From positions 601,714,283-601,775,044 of the forward strand of contig NC_058130.1 in the NCBI RefSeq assembly GCF_016433145.1: a stretch of DNA of 60,762 nucleotides. Reading direction: 5' to 3'. Of this stretch, positions 26,342 to 37,045 are shown piece by piece. The first letter of the stretch is position 1. Each line of letters begins with the position of its first letter. Made by a program: the position numbers and the translations under genes. This stretch comes from Gracilinanus agilis. Its lineage: Eukaryota. The notes under the pieces are model-generated. The model worked only from the letters and a program-made list of their open reading frames with translations. It was not told the origin of the DNA and did no database searches.

Positions 26342-27937
26342 AAAAGTAATACCTAACTCCTTATTTAGAACCCTTAAAGCTACCTTCTCCTTCAACATAG
26401 GATGAGGACCTTGAAGTACTATATGAATGAGATTTTATCACCTTCTTCCTTCCTGCAAACACTAGCTATCAGAGACACTGCAAATCCTTCACTTTAAATA
26501 AAACTAGAGGAGAAACCTTTCAGCAAAATACTTTAAAATACCTGCTTCTAATAGTACCATACTATCATGAGACAGACTTTTTTTTAAGCCCTCATTTTGA
26601 GCTCAGCTTTGCTTCAAATATTAAGGATATCACATACAATTTGGTTAAGATTATGGTTTGCTATTAGCAAATATTCTGTAACTGGGGAATGAATGATATC
26701 AAATACAATTTCTCTTTTAAGGTAAATTTTGAAGATTTTCAGTTGGTTCCATTTTCATTTTCATCAAAAAGGTGCTTTTAAACCCTGTGTTTAATTGTAA
26801 ATACTTTATTCTTTTATATTTTGGGGGACTTTGTTGGTATCTATTCCAAGGAAAGAAACTCCCTTTTCCAACACATAACACAACACCTCATCTGTAAAAT
26901 TAACTCAAAGTTGCTGGGGTCATACAACAAGAATGTGTCAGAAGAAACTGAAACCGGTATTTTTCTCATCTTCTCTATCTACCATATCAGTTGCCTCCAG
27001 ACCTTTATGCTTTATTGCTTTTGTCAAAACCTAGGAAATATTTTATTCTTAATTTGGCAACATGACACAAACCATACATCTGAAACCAGAGATAATGCTA
27101 ACAATTTGCCTTTCTCAAATATTTTGGATTTCCTACCTCAAAGTAGGTTTCTAGATGTTTCATTTATCTTGAAAAAGTTTTAACTATTAACTCACCTCTA
27201 GTCTTATTTCTTCCAACATCCTAGTTTCAAACCCAATTACCCACACTGATAATGCAAAAAAACAATTTTTAGGTTTATTTTTTGTTTTGCATTGTCATCT
27301 GAAAGAGTATGCTCTGGGTGCTGATCTGCCATTACAACTCTTTCTCCTTTTGTATCCCCATGTTTGTAAAATAGTACTTGATGTCAAAAAAAGGGGGGTA
27401 CGTCAGGTACTTACCATGTGGAGAGCAATGAGGTCCCTGCCCTCATCACTTAGCTTCTTCTATCTTCCTGTGGCAGTTCCTAATGTAAGGATCCCTCATG
27501 TTTCCTTCTTCTCTGAACTAGGGAAAGCACCTCCTCGCCTAAAAGCATTCTCCTATCCATGTTCAACAACTTTAGGCTGGCAAAAGCAAAGTCTGAATAA
27601 AGCAGATATTGTTTTTTAAAATAAGAAGGGGAGGCAAAATGGGAAATTTGTGGTGGGGTAATTTGAAGTGGCTACAGCTGGGCAAACCAGGGAAAAGGGA
27701 CAGAGCCAAGGGAATAGGCAGATTTGTGGGATCCCAGATCAAAAGTTGGAAGCAACTTGTGGCCATGTTACCCAAGCCCCTCATTTTACAGATGAGGAAA
27801 CACAGGTCATGGAGGTTAAGTAACTTACAGAAAGTCACTTAGGTCACTTACAAACTTACAGGTTGTAAGGGGCAGGGACAGAATCTGCATCTGGGTCCTT
27901 GAATTCCACTGTACTAAGAGTGCTGGAGCCCCTAGCA

Positions 27938-28116
27938 CAGGGGTCGGCAACATATGGCTCTGGAGCCATAGGCTCTTTCTGCAGGAGCCATAAAGTCAAT
28001 TTTTTTTCAGGCGCTGTTACAGGAGCACACTGTGAGCACTGTACGGCTCTCACGAAATTACATTTTTAAAATGTGGCATTTATGGCTCTCACGGCCAAAA
28101 AGGTTGCCGACCCCTG
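27938..28116. mobile_element. Non-autonomous hAT (Charlie-type) MITE, 179 bp
   Basis: Perfect 14-bp TIR CAGGGGTCGGCAAC and perfect 8-bp TSD CCCTAGCA (27930-27937, 28117-28124). Confidence 0.95.
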
Positions 28117-28499
28117 CCCTAGCATAACACTCCCCAACAGGCTCCCTTAAAAGCCTTCCCAAAACGGGACTCCTTGCAAGGATTAGTTTAATTTCGAGAC
28201 TAAAATTTGCCTGAAAGCATCATTCCAGTCCCTAACATATCTATAGCATGAAACAGCTCACAAAACCTCCCAGAATAAGACCAATGTGCTTTAATGTGGG
28301 GATTCAAAGTCCACGGGGTGGGGGTGGGGGGATCTAGGGAGGGGTGCGAATGGACTTGTCTTCTTGCAGTATAAATTGGTTACATTGTACATACTACCAA
28401 AATTTATATTACAAGTCTTTTAATGATGGAAAAACTAAATTTATGAGAAGTTCTTAAAACTTTTTAGTAGAAATATAGCATCCAAAACAAGCCAAGTAT

Positions 28500-29200
28500 G
28501 TTGGTTACTGTATTCAATTTTATAAAGACATTGATAAGCTGGGCCTGGGTCCAAGAAGGCAAACCAGGATGATGAAAAGATTTAGACATGATTTCTTTTC
28601 AAACCAAACTACTGTTCCTCACACCTGACAATCCACCTCTCATCTTCATGCCTCCGGAAATCCTAACCTCTTAAATACTACCCCAGATGGTTTCAAAGCT
28701 CAGCTCAAGGGTCTTCTCTCTACAGAATTCCCTTCAACTAGTAGCACCCTCCTTTCATTAAAATCATGTTGTAATTTTGTATATGCACTGTGTGTGTATG
28801 TGTCTTCTCTTTAAGATGAAAGAAAGCTCTTTCAAGGTAGGAATTAACATTTTTGCTTTGCATCTCCAGCTCTTAAGCATAAAACCTGGCACACTTAATA
28901 GATGTTTATTGACCTTAACAAACAAGGTCCAGTTAAGAAAAAGTAAGGAGGCACGTTTGGCAAGGATAAAAAAAGATAGCCTTCTTCAAATATCTGAGGA
29001 TCATTTCTGCTTATCTGAAAGGGCAGAAAGAACAGGAGAAGTAGATATCATAAGGAAGCAGATTTAGGGTTACAAAATTGACTATCACAACATATACTAG
29101 GCTGGCTCAAGAGGTAGTGAGTTCTCTAACACTTGACTTTTCAGCAGAGAACGAATGATTATTTCAAGGATGCTATGAAAGAGATGCACGCTAGGGAGGA
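28500..29200 (+). mobile_element. CR1/L3 fragment with an L2 3' end (~28620-28920) inside
   Basis: GACATTGATAAGCTGG...ACCAGGATGATGAA, CTTCAAATATCTGA and GAGGTAGTGAGTTC; L2 CCTGGCACACTTAATAGATGTTTATTGA. Confidence 0.65.
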
Positions 29201-29829
29201 AGAAGATGGAGACTGGGAACCAGATAACCTCTAAAGTCTCTTCCAACTCTGACACTGCTAAGCATACAAGTGCCCTTTATTCTAAGGGAGTTTAGGGGGG
29301 CAGTTTGTGGGAGAGGGAAAGAACATGAAACATGTAAATATGGGAAAATATTCAAAAAAATAAAAATGAAAAAAAAAACAAAACAAAACAAAAAACTAAG
29401 TGCCCTTTATTCAAATAAACAAAGTCTCATCTCAAGGCCACCATCCCAACCCCCAACCCTTTCCCACAGATTCCTAAATCTTTTAAGTGTTTTGTAATAG
29501 TTTTAGCCAAGTGGCTTGGAAATACAGGTTTCTTTTTACAGGTAGAGGTGATTGGATGATTTAGATACAACCAATGAGAGACAGAGAAAGGGAACTACAA
29601 TATTAATAGCAGAATAATAAAACTGTCCACCCTTCTTGTACAATGGCAATTCCTGGCAAAGACCTGGAATTCAGGTGTTTTTCCTAAAAAACACCTGTGT
29701 GTGGCAAAAAAGGAAGGGGACATGATTATTATCTATAGAAATTAATACATTATTTAGAACTTGAACAACAAAGCCCAGGAACTACAGATCATTCTTCAAA
29801 ACCTAAAAATACTTCAGGATGTCTCTTGG

Positions 29830-29871
29830 ATTTATATATCAGAGAGCAAATTTGCTCTCTGATATATAAAT
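29830..29871. repeat. 42-bp perfect spacerless palindrome
   Basis: ATTTATATATCAGAGAGCAAA followed immediately by its reverse complement. Confidence 0.97.
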
Positions 29872-30327
29872 GTCAGTAGCTGGATACCAAAATACTGACT
29901 GACATTACAAAAAGGATAAGCACTCCAGGAGTTATCTTCAAGAAATCTCTGAGCACTTTATAACTGGAATCTACAGGATGAGCTAGAAAAGACCATCAAA
30001 TCTAAATCCTTCATTTTATAAATAGGAAACTAAGGCACATATAGGTTCAGTAATCCAGGATATTATGGCAACATACATGGAATGCCCCCAAGTCAGAGAA
30101 TCTTAACTTCCCTTCCTTTCCCAGGCCAATCTTCTTCCAGGCCTAATCTCAGAAGAATATTCTAGAGAGGGACAGAGTAGCCCCACATAGATCATCCCAA
30201 AGTCTAGAGAATGCTTCCATTCTTAAGCAAAAGCTCAGATCAAATAGGATCAGGAATCCCAGAACATACCCTAAAGCTACTTTTGTATTTATTACAACTA
30301 CTATAATCACTGAAAGGCAATGTAGCT

Positions 30328-30521
30328 GGGGCAGTTAGGTGGCATAGTGGATTGAGCTCTAGGCCTGGAGATAAGAGGTCCTGGGTTCCAACCTGGCCTC
30401 AGATACTTCCTAGCTGTGTGACTCTGGACAAGTCACTTAGCCCCCACTGCCTAGCCCTTACTGCTCCTCTGCCTTAGAATTGATACTAATCCTAAGACAG
30501 AAGGTCAGCGTTTAAGAAAAA
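30328..30521 (+). mobile_element. SINE1_Mdo-like
   Basis: Head, CORE and tail all present. Confidence 0.9.
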
Positions 30522-30569
30522 CAGAAAAAGAGGGAGAAAAAGGGCAAGACTTAGATAGAAAGCTGATCT

Positions 30570-30762
30570 CAAAGCAGCAAAGACTTTGATTCAAGCATCT
30601 GGTTGTGTGACCCTGGGCAAATCACATAACCTCTCAATGCACCAGGAAACAACTTAAGTCTCTAGTAGATCAAGTGCTGATTGGTACAGGAAGTTTCCTC
30701 ATCTGGCATTTTCCACCATCAATAAAATCACCAGTCCAAGCCATATCCCTTACTCTAATTAA
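30570..30762 (+). mobile_element. Marsupial CORE-SINE (MdoRep1/MIR_Mars-like)
   Basis: CORE plus GGAAGTTTCCTCATCTGG...AATAAAATCACCAGTCC tail. Confidence 0.6.
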
Positions 30763-31224
30763 TTATATAAATCTTATAAGCTTGCCTTCCCCTTCTATAA
30801 GACACTTTCATCACAACAACCCTTTGAAGGAGGTAATGCAAGTATTATTTCCATTTGACAAAGATACTAGGTGTCAGAGCTAGTGACTGGCCCAGGGTCA
30901 CCAAGCCTCAGACTAGAGGCCTATATCGAGGTCTTTTAATTCCAAATCTCTTGTCTTTCCACTCCATCAGCTGCCTAGCAGCATGCTAAAGCCCTGGGTA
31001 CAGATGTCCTCTACATTTTTCCCCCTCTAAGTGCTTTCTCTTTTGAAACTCCTTAGAGACAAAAATTCATGTGATAACTTGCCTTGCTGGCAATTTAATC
31101 TTTCAGAAGGAAGAACGAAGCAGGCATCATGGAATACATGATCTGACAACTCACTCCCTGCCTTGACTTGACCAGATCACTTAACCTCAGCTACTTGGCC
31201 TGAAACACTGACTTCTAAGACTTT

Positions 31225-31452
31225 CTTCTAGGCAACTAGGTGATGCAGACCTTAGTGCCAGGAATAAAGTCAAGGAACACTCATCTTCCTGAGTTCAAAT
31301 TTGGTCTCAAACATTAGCTGTGTGACCCAGGGCAAGTCGTTTAACTCCATTTGCCTCAGTTTCCTAAGCTGGAAAAGGCAAACCACTCCAGGATCTTTGC
31401 CAAAAAAAAAAACCCACAAGGGTCAGAAAGTCAGACACAACTGAAAAGACTC
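31225..31452 (+). mobile_element. MAR1
   Basis: Head, CORE and RTE-type tail. Confidence 0.8.
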
Positions 31453-32134
31453 ATTCTAAGCTCTAGATCTTTACAATAATCCTCAAAAGGCTTACTTTGT
31501 GACAGGTACTATACTCAGAGCTAAGTATATAAAAGGAAAAAGGCAGTCCCCTGGCTTCAAGGAGCTTACATGCTAGTGAAGAACACATAGAAGGGAGTGC
31601 TAAAAGGGAGGAGCAAGAGATCCCCAGGGAAAAATATAAAATATGGCTGGTCTGTGCCCTTACTCCAAAAAGAAATTCTGGAAAAAATGAACAATGTGGG
31701 AACAGGACCACAGGGGTCATAGTTAAAGCTTTGCTGAATAGCTCTGGCTTCCTACTGTAACTCAGAAAAACTATGACTCTAAATCGAATGCAGGAAGACT
31801 TTAAAAGGAAGCATTCATCCTAAACTGACCCTTCCAAATGAACAAGCAAAGTGGTTTTAAAGGGCAGGGAAAAGTGTGGGCTGCACCTGATAAAATCAAG
31901 TTTATCTGCTTTCCTTTGAATTTTTTCTCAAAAGCATAAATCTCTGAGAAACTTAAAAACTGATCAATACAGATCAAGGGCTAAAACCAGGGGTGGTGAT
32001 AAGAGCTGGAAGTAAAGATAAAGATTTTCATATGCAATCAACATAACACAAAAGTTTTGCCTAAGCCCTGAGAGAGGTATCAATACCGCGGCCAAAAGTG
32101 GGGGGAGGGGATGTCAAGAAAAAATTTTTTTTTT

Positions 32135-32345
32135 ATTTTAATACACAGAAGAGTGCAAAAAAGTTCAGTTCAGGACAATCCTGAAAGACTTATGACAGGG
32201 AATGCTCTCCATCTCCAGAGAAAGAACTCTTGGAGTCTTTCACATCAGTGTTATCTTTGGTCTTTATTTGTGGGTTTTGATTATGTATGAGTTTGCTATT
32301 ACAACAATGACCAATATGGAAGTGTATTTTGCATGACAATAAAAA
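32135..32345 (+). mobile_element. L1 3'UTR fragment
   Basis: GGACAATCCTGAAAGACTTATGA...ACAATGACCAATATGGAAGTG, shared with the 9045-9490 copy. Confidence 0.8.
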
Positions 32346-33789
32346 TGGGGGAAAAAAGGTTCAGTTCAGAAAGAGAAAGACAAGAAGGGCAGAGTTGGGT
32401 AAAATGTAGACTTAAGAAAGAAAAAGGCAGTACAAGGTCAATTCAGTTTGATATACAGTCTTATTCACTGCCCTTTTCTGTATATGGAAATGTTCGGAAT
32501 TCCTTGATGGTTTTTAAGTTTTTAATTTTTTAATCTTTTTTAAAATTTAAATAATGTTCCTGGGGGAAGAATGTTTCAGGTCACAGCTCCATTTTCCCAC
32601 AATCTGATCTGTGAACTTTCTACATCTCAACAGAATCACTCCACTAATAGCAGCCCACACAGTTACAAACTTTTTTCCCCTTCCCAGAAAAGATGCAGGC
32701 TGCCCCAAAGCCCCACCATTCATGGCTTAATTTGCAAACCCCATTAGGCGAAAAGTACCAGAAAATTGCTTGTCCCATTTCATGGGGCACCTTCTCTTCA
32801 AGAGTGACACAGGCAATTAGGCTAATACTCCTGTGTCCCCAGAGCAAAGAAGGGGACAAAAGCTTCAACTTTTGTAAATGGAAGTAAGATTTCTCTTGCT
32901 ATAGAAGTAAAGTCGTGAGGGTGAGAAAAAAGAAATTGCCATACGATGTTAAAATCTTTATTAAACAATAGAAGATCATAATCCTCTGAAAGCCCTTGGA
33001 ATTACCAATTTTCTACTGAAAAACTCATATAATTTTCCAATGTATTATTGTAAAGCCATGCTCATTTGAGGTGAAAGACTGGAAGAAAATGGGCTTGGAT
33101 TACCAATATCAGTAGTATTAAAGCATCTATATAGAACATCCAGTCAACAGGGTAACAAGCTGCTTTAGCATCTATTTTAAATGAGCCAACATTTGTAATA
33201 AAGATTTCCTGTACAAGGAAAAAAATTCTACAACTCTAAAAATGACTATGTACATAAGCCTTCAAGAATAAGGAGAAAAATAAAGCTTAGAGCCCTATTT
33301 AAACCCCAGTGCAGAGGTAGGAGAGGGGGAGAAAAGTTTTTCCAGCTAGTCTTAGGAAATTGGTCTCCGCCCCTACCCTATATACCAAGTATAGATACAA
33401 AGCTTCTTCCATATAGTCTCTTAACCCTGACCAAACATTCATCAATGCAAACTGTCATTTTCCAATGACAGAGCAACCAACCCTGCAGTACGATGAAGCA
33501 GGCTTTCCCTGTCTGTGACAACTGACCTTTAGAAAGGCTACCCACAACCACCAGACCTCTTTCTCCCCTTTCTTCTAGGGCACTGACACCAAGATCAAGT
33601 TTTCTATGAAAAAGAGTCAAAAATGTCAGAAGTAACAAAGCCCAAAGACACTTTTGGGGAAATGGATTGCACCTCCATTTACTGCCTGTTCAGAACACCC
33701 CCACCAAAAAGAAACCCATGGCTAGCCCTGGAATTCTGGCCAATCTTGTCCGAGAAGCACAACACTCACATTAGTACTACCTTCAGGAT

Positions 33790-34170
33790 GATCAGAGACC
33801 ACCATTCACCCCGCCTTTCAATATTTTAATATTCTAATATGGAAAAGTCCTGATCACTCAAGTAGTTACTTCTGGAAGTTATAATAGGATGCCAAAGGAA
33901 TCGCCACCATAGGTGTCCCAGAGAGCACAAAAGGATGGATGGTGGGCACGAGCAGAATGCACACATGGACTTGAACACTGGAAGAGGCACAAACTTCATT
34001 TAAGACACCTATGACTGAAAATGGACACAGGCCAATTGTACAGCAAGGCCAAAGGGCACTGATGTCCATAAAAAGAAACCCAGGATGGCCTCAATTACGT
34101 TGGGTAGATCTTCCAAAGAAAATTTATGAAATAACATGGACAAGGATCCACACAGAAGATACAGGCTAGT
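33790..34170 (+). mobile_element. Old RTE LINE 3' fragment
   Basis: Decayed ORF2 end (WMVGTSR-like) and ACGTTGGGTAGATC...ATTTATG...ACATGGACAAG resembling marsupial RTE. Confidence 0.6.
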
Positions 34171-35937
34171 TGGGGGGATAGAGGGGGCGGTAGGTCAATC
34201 AATATCCTTGAATCTCAGTTTCCTTAGTCAGTCAACTACTAGCATTTATTAAGAACCTACAATGTGCCAGGAAAACATCTTCTGATCTCAAGGTGTTTAC
34301 AGTCTGATGGAAAGGAAGGAAATACAATTTATTCAACATGATGAATATGGAATGTGTTGTACATGTATAACTAATATCAAATTGCTCAACTTTCTCACTG
34401 TTTAAGTCAATTCCTGACAACGGAATCTAGCAGAAGAGAAGGCATGACAAAAGGAATAGCCTATCAAAGCCAAAATGGCTTCCTCTCTCCCATTAACAAA
34501 AAAAAAAAAATCTATGGTTATTTAATTGGAAACTAAAGAATATGGTCTCATAAGAGTCTTTAAGAGTCTAGTACTGTGGAGTCACCATCCTTGGATTCTT
34601 CATTCACTTGTCTGGGCCTCCTCAGTTTCCCAATCTATAAAGTGGAGAGGCACATGCCTTAACTAAATCCCAAGGCTGATGTTCTAATTTGGTGAGGAGG
34701 TGTGAGCAAAGTGCCTTAGCAAGCCTTAAAATACTAGAGAAATGTGAGCTATTACAAGAATTATTTTTGCTGACCAAGAGATTAGATTGTAAATCAGTTG
34801 ACAAGCATAATTATTACCTCCTTTAACTTACTAGGTTGAGAGAAAATGAAAGCTGCCACTGTGACTCTCCCTTCCTTCCCCAAACTACCCTCCACAGTTC
34901 CCACTGCAAAAACAAAATGTGTTCCTGCCAGAATGGAATAACAGATAAAACTCAGAAAACATTTGATCTCTGTTATCACGGAGGAAAAAAGGAACAGGAT
35001 TCTTTCATTCATTAATAGGAAACAAACCAAAAACCACCACCAGTTTCCTTAATCAGCAAAAAGCAAAAGCTAAGATAGTTCCCCGGTATACACGCAGACA
35101 GATAAAATCAAACACAAATTTTACACATAGTAGGAACTTAATAGATATTTGAGTCAATGGCTGACATTTATTTAATGCTATTAAAAAAAAAAAGCTGACG
35201 TTCATTTGAGCCTCAAAAAACTGAGTTAAGTACCACTTATATTAGGATTCTAAATGTAAACATGAGAGGGACCCTAAAGATCATCTAGTTAAACCACTTT
35301 TATAGGGGAAGAGACCGAAGCCTAGAAAACTGAATGGACTTGAACATAGCCAGAACTAAAAGGCAAGATTTAAATCCACTTCTTCCTGACTACAAGTCCA
35401 CTATACTATAAGCGCCAAAAATACTCTTCCCAATTTGCCTAAGATGTAAAGCTACAATAAACTGTTAATAACCCTTCCTAGAAAAACTGCTTCCCCAAAA
35501 TTACACAGAAGCAAAATAAAAACTCAAATAAAAGGAATCAATCCAAGGTCCTAGATTTTACAGCAGAAAAACCAGTATTCTCAAATGCTTCAAGGCAATT
35601 GTCCTAAAATGTTATTTTCTTAAGGCAATGTCAGCATTTTAAAAATTATTGCTCCTGTTATGATATCAAGTATGATGGTAGGAGCTGGGGAGTTAGGGGA
35701 AGAATTATGAAATAGCAATTTTCAAGAGAAGAGCAGAAGTGAAAGTAAGGAGCAGCAAACTTTGTGGCTCCGAACAAAGACTGTTCTTCCTTTATCAAAT
35801 TAGGCCTTAATAAAAATCAAAAACACTAGGAGATTCTAAAAATCAAAGATCCAGAGAAAGACTTCAGAGATCCAAACTTCGATGAGAATCACTTTTTCAA
35901 TAATCCAAAAAAGTGGTTATCCATCTCTATGAGGAGG

Positions 35938-36180
35938 ATTCAATTCAACACTTACTAAGCACCTCCTGGGCACAGGTCAATTCTGCTTGAGCAGAGAGGA
36001 AAGAATGGGGGAAAACACAGTTTGCTTAAGATGATCTCTCATGGAGAAGGTACAATCTCAAACCAATAGGACTATTATCACTTACCAGCCATCTACTGAG
36101 CCCCTGCCACATGCCAGGCACTGAAACATCTAAGGTCAGAAATTGATCCTGTCCTCAAGGAGTTTATGTTCTCTTAGAGA
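35938..36180 (-). mobile_element. Two L2 tails
   Basis: CAACACTTACTAAGCACC and ATGCCAGGCACTG...CCTCAAGGAGTTTA. Confidence 0.6.
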
Positions 36181-36345
36181 GAAAATTAAATGCAAACCAT
36201 TTCTGCAAAGGACACTGGCACTGTGAGGAACAAGATAAATTTCATTAGAGGACTGGATTCTTTCTCTTTGAAGACCTTCAAACATAGGCTAGATGAACAC
36301 CTGAGAAAGTTGAAAAGGGGATTATTATTGAAATATTAAAATGCT

Positions 36346-36731
36346 GGGGACAGCTGAGTGGCTCAGTGGATGGAAAGCTAGGCTCAGAAACAAGAGGTCC
36401 TTGGGTTCAAATCTAGCTTCAGATCCTTCCTAGCTGTGTGACCCTGGAGAAGTCACTTAACCCCTATTGCCTAGTCCAGTGATGGACAAACTGAAATGTT
36501 CTATCCGGGCCACACAACATTATTCCTAATCTGAAGAATACAGTGAGTAGGATACAATACAATGAAACTTTGAAAGAGTTGCCTTAGAAACAGACTGACA
36601 GATGAGCATTTCCTTTCCTTTGGCCCCCTCTTTAAAAAGTTTGCTCATCACTGGCCTAGCCCTTACTGCTCTTCTGCCTTGGAACCAGTACACAGTAGTG
36701 ATTCTAAGATGTAAGGTAAAGTTTTAAAAAA
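36346..36731 (+). mobile_element. SINE1_Mdo-like, interrupted by a hAT MITE
   Basis: Removing 36477-36653 and one TSD copy restores CCCCTATTGCCTAGCCCTTACTGCTCTTCTGCC. Confidence 0.9.
36477..36653. mobile_element. Non-autonomous hAT MITE, OC1/OposCharlie1-like, 177 bp
   Basis: 16-bp TIRs CAGTGATGGACAAACT and AGTTTGCTCATCACTG (14/16), 8-bp TSD GCCTAGTC/GCCTAGCC. Family name from recall. Confidence 0.9.
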
Positions 36732-36834
36732 ATTTTTTTAATTAAAAATAAAAATAAAGGCTCCTGAGGACCTTCCTAAAATTGATGTTACTTGTTTATA
36801 ATTAAATTATATATGCATACTATATTATATGGGG

Positions 36835-37045
36835 TAGGAAAGTGGTAAAGTAGATAGACACCAAGCCAGGAAGATCTGAGTTCAAGTCCAATATCAAGAT
36901 ACTAGTTGTGTTACCCTGGGCAAGTAATTTAACCCCTATTTTCCTCAGTTCACCCATAAAAAACAGGGACCCACTGGAAAAGGAATGGCAAACCACTCCA
37001 GTCTCTTTGCAAAGAAAATCCAACAGAACAAGTCAACCACAACAA
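36835..37045 (+). mobile_element. MAR1
   Basis: CORE and GAATGGCAAACCACTCCAG tail. Confidence 0.8.
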
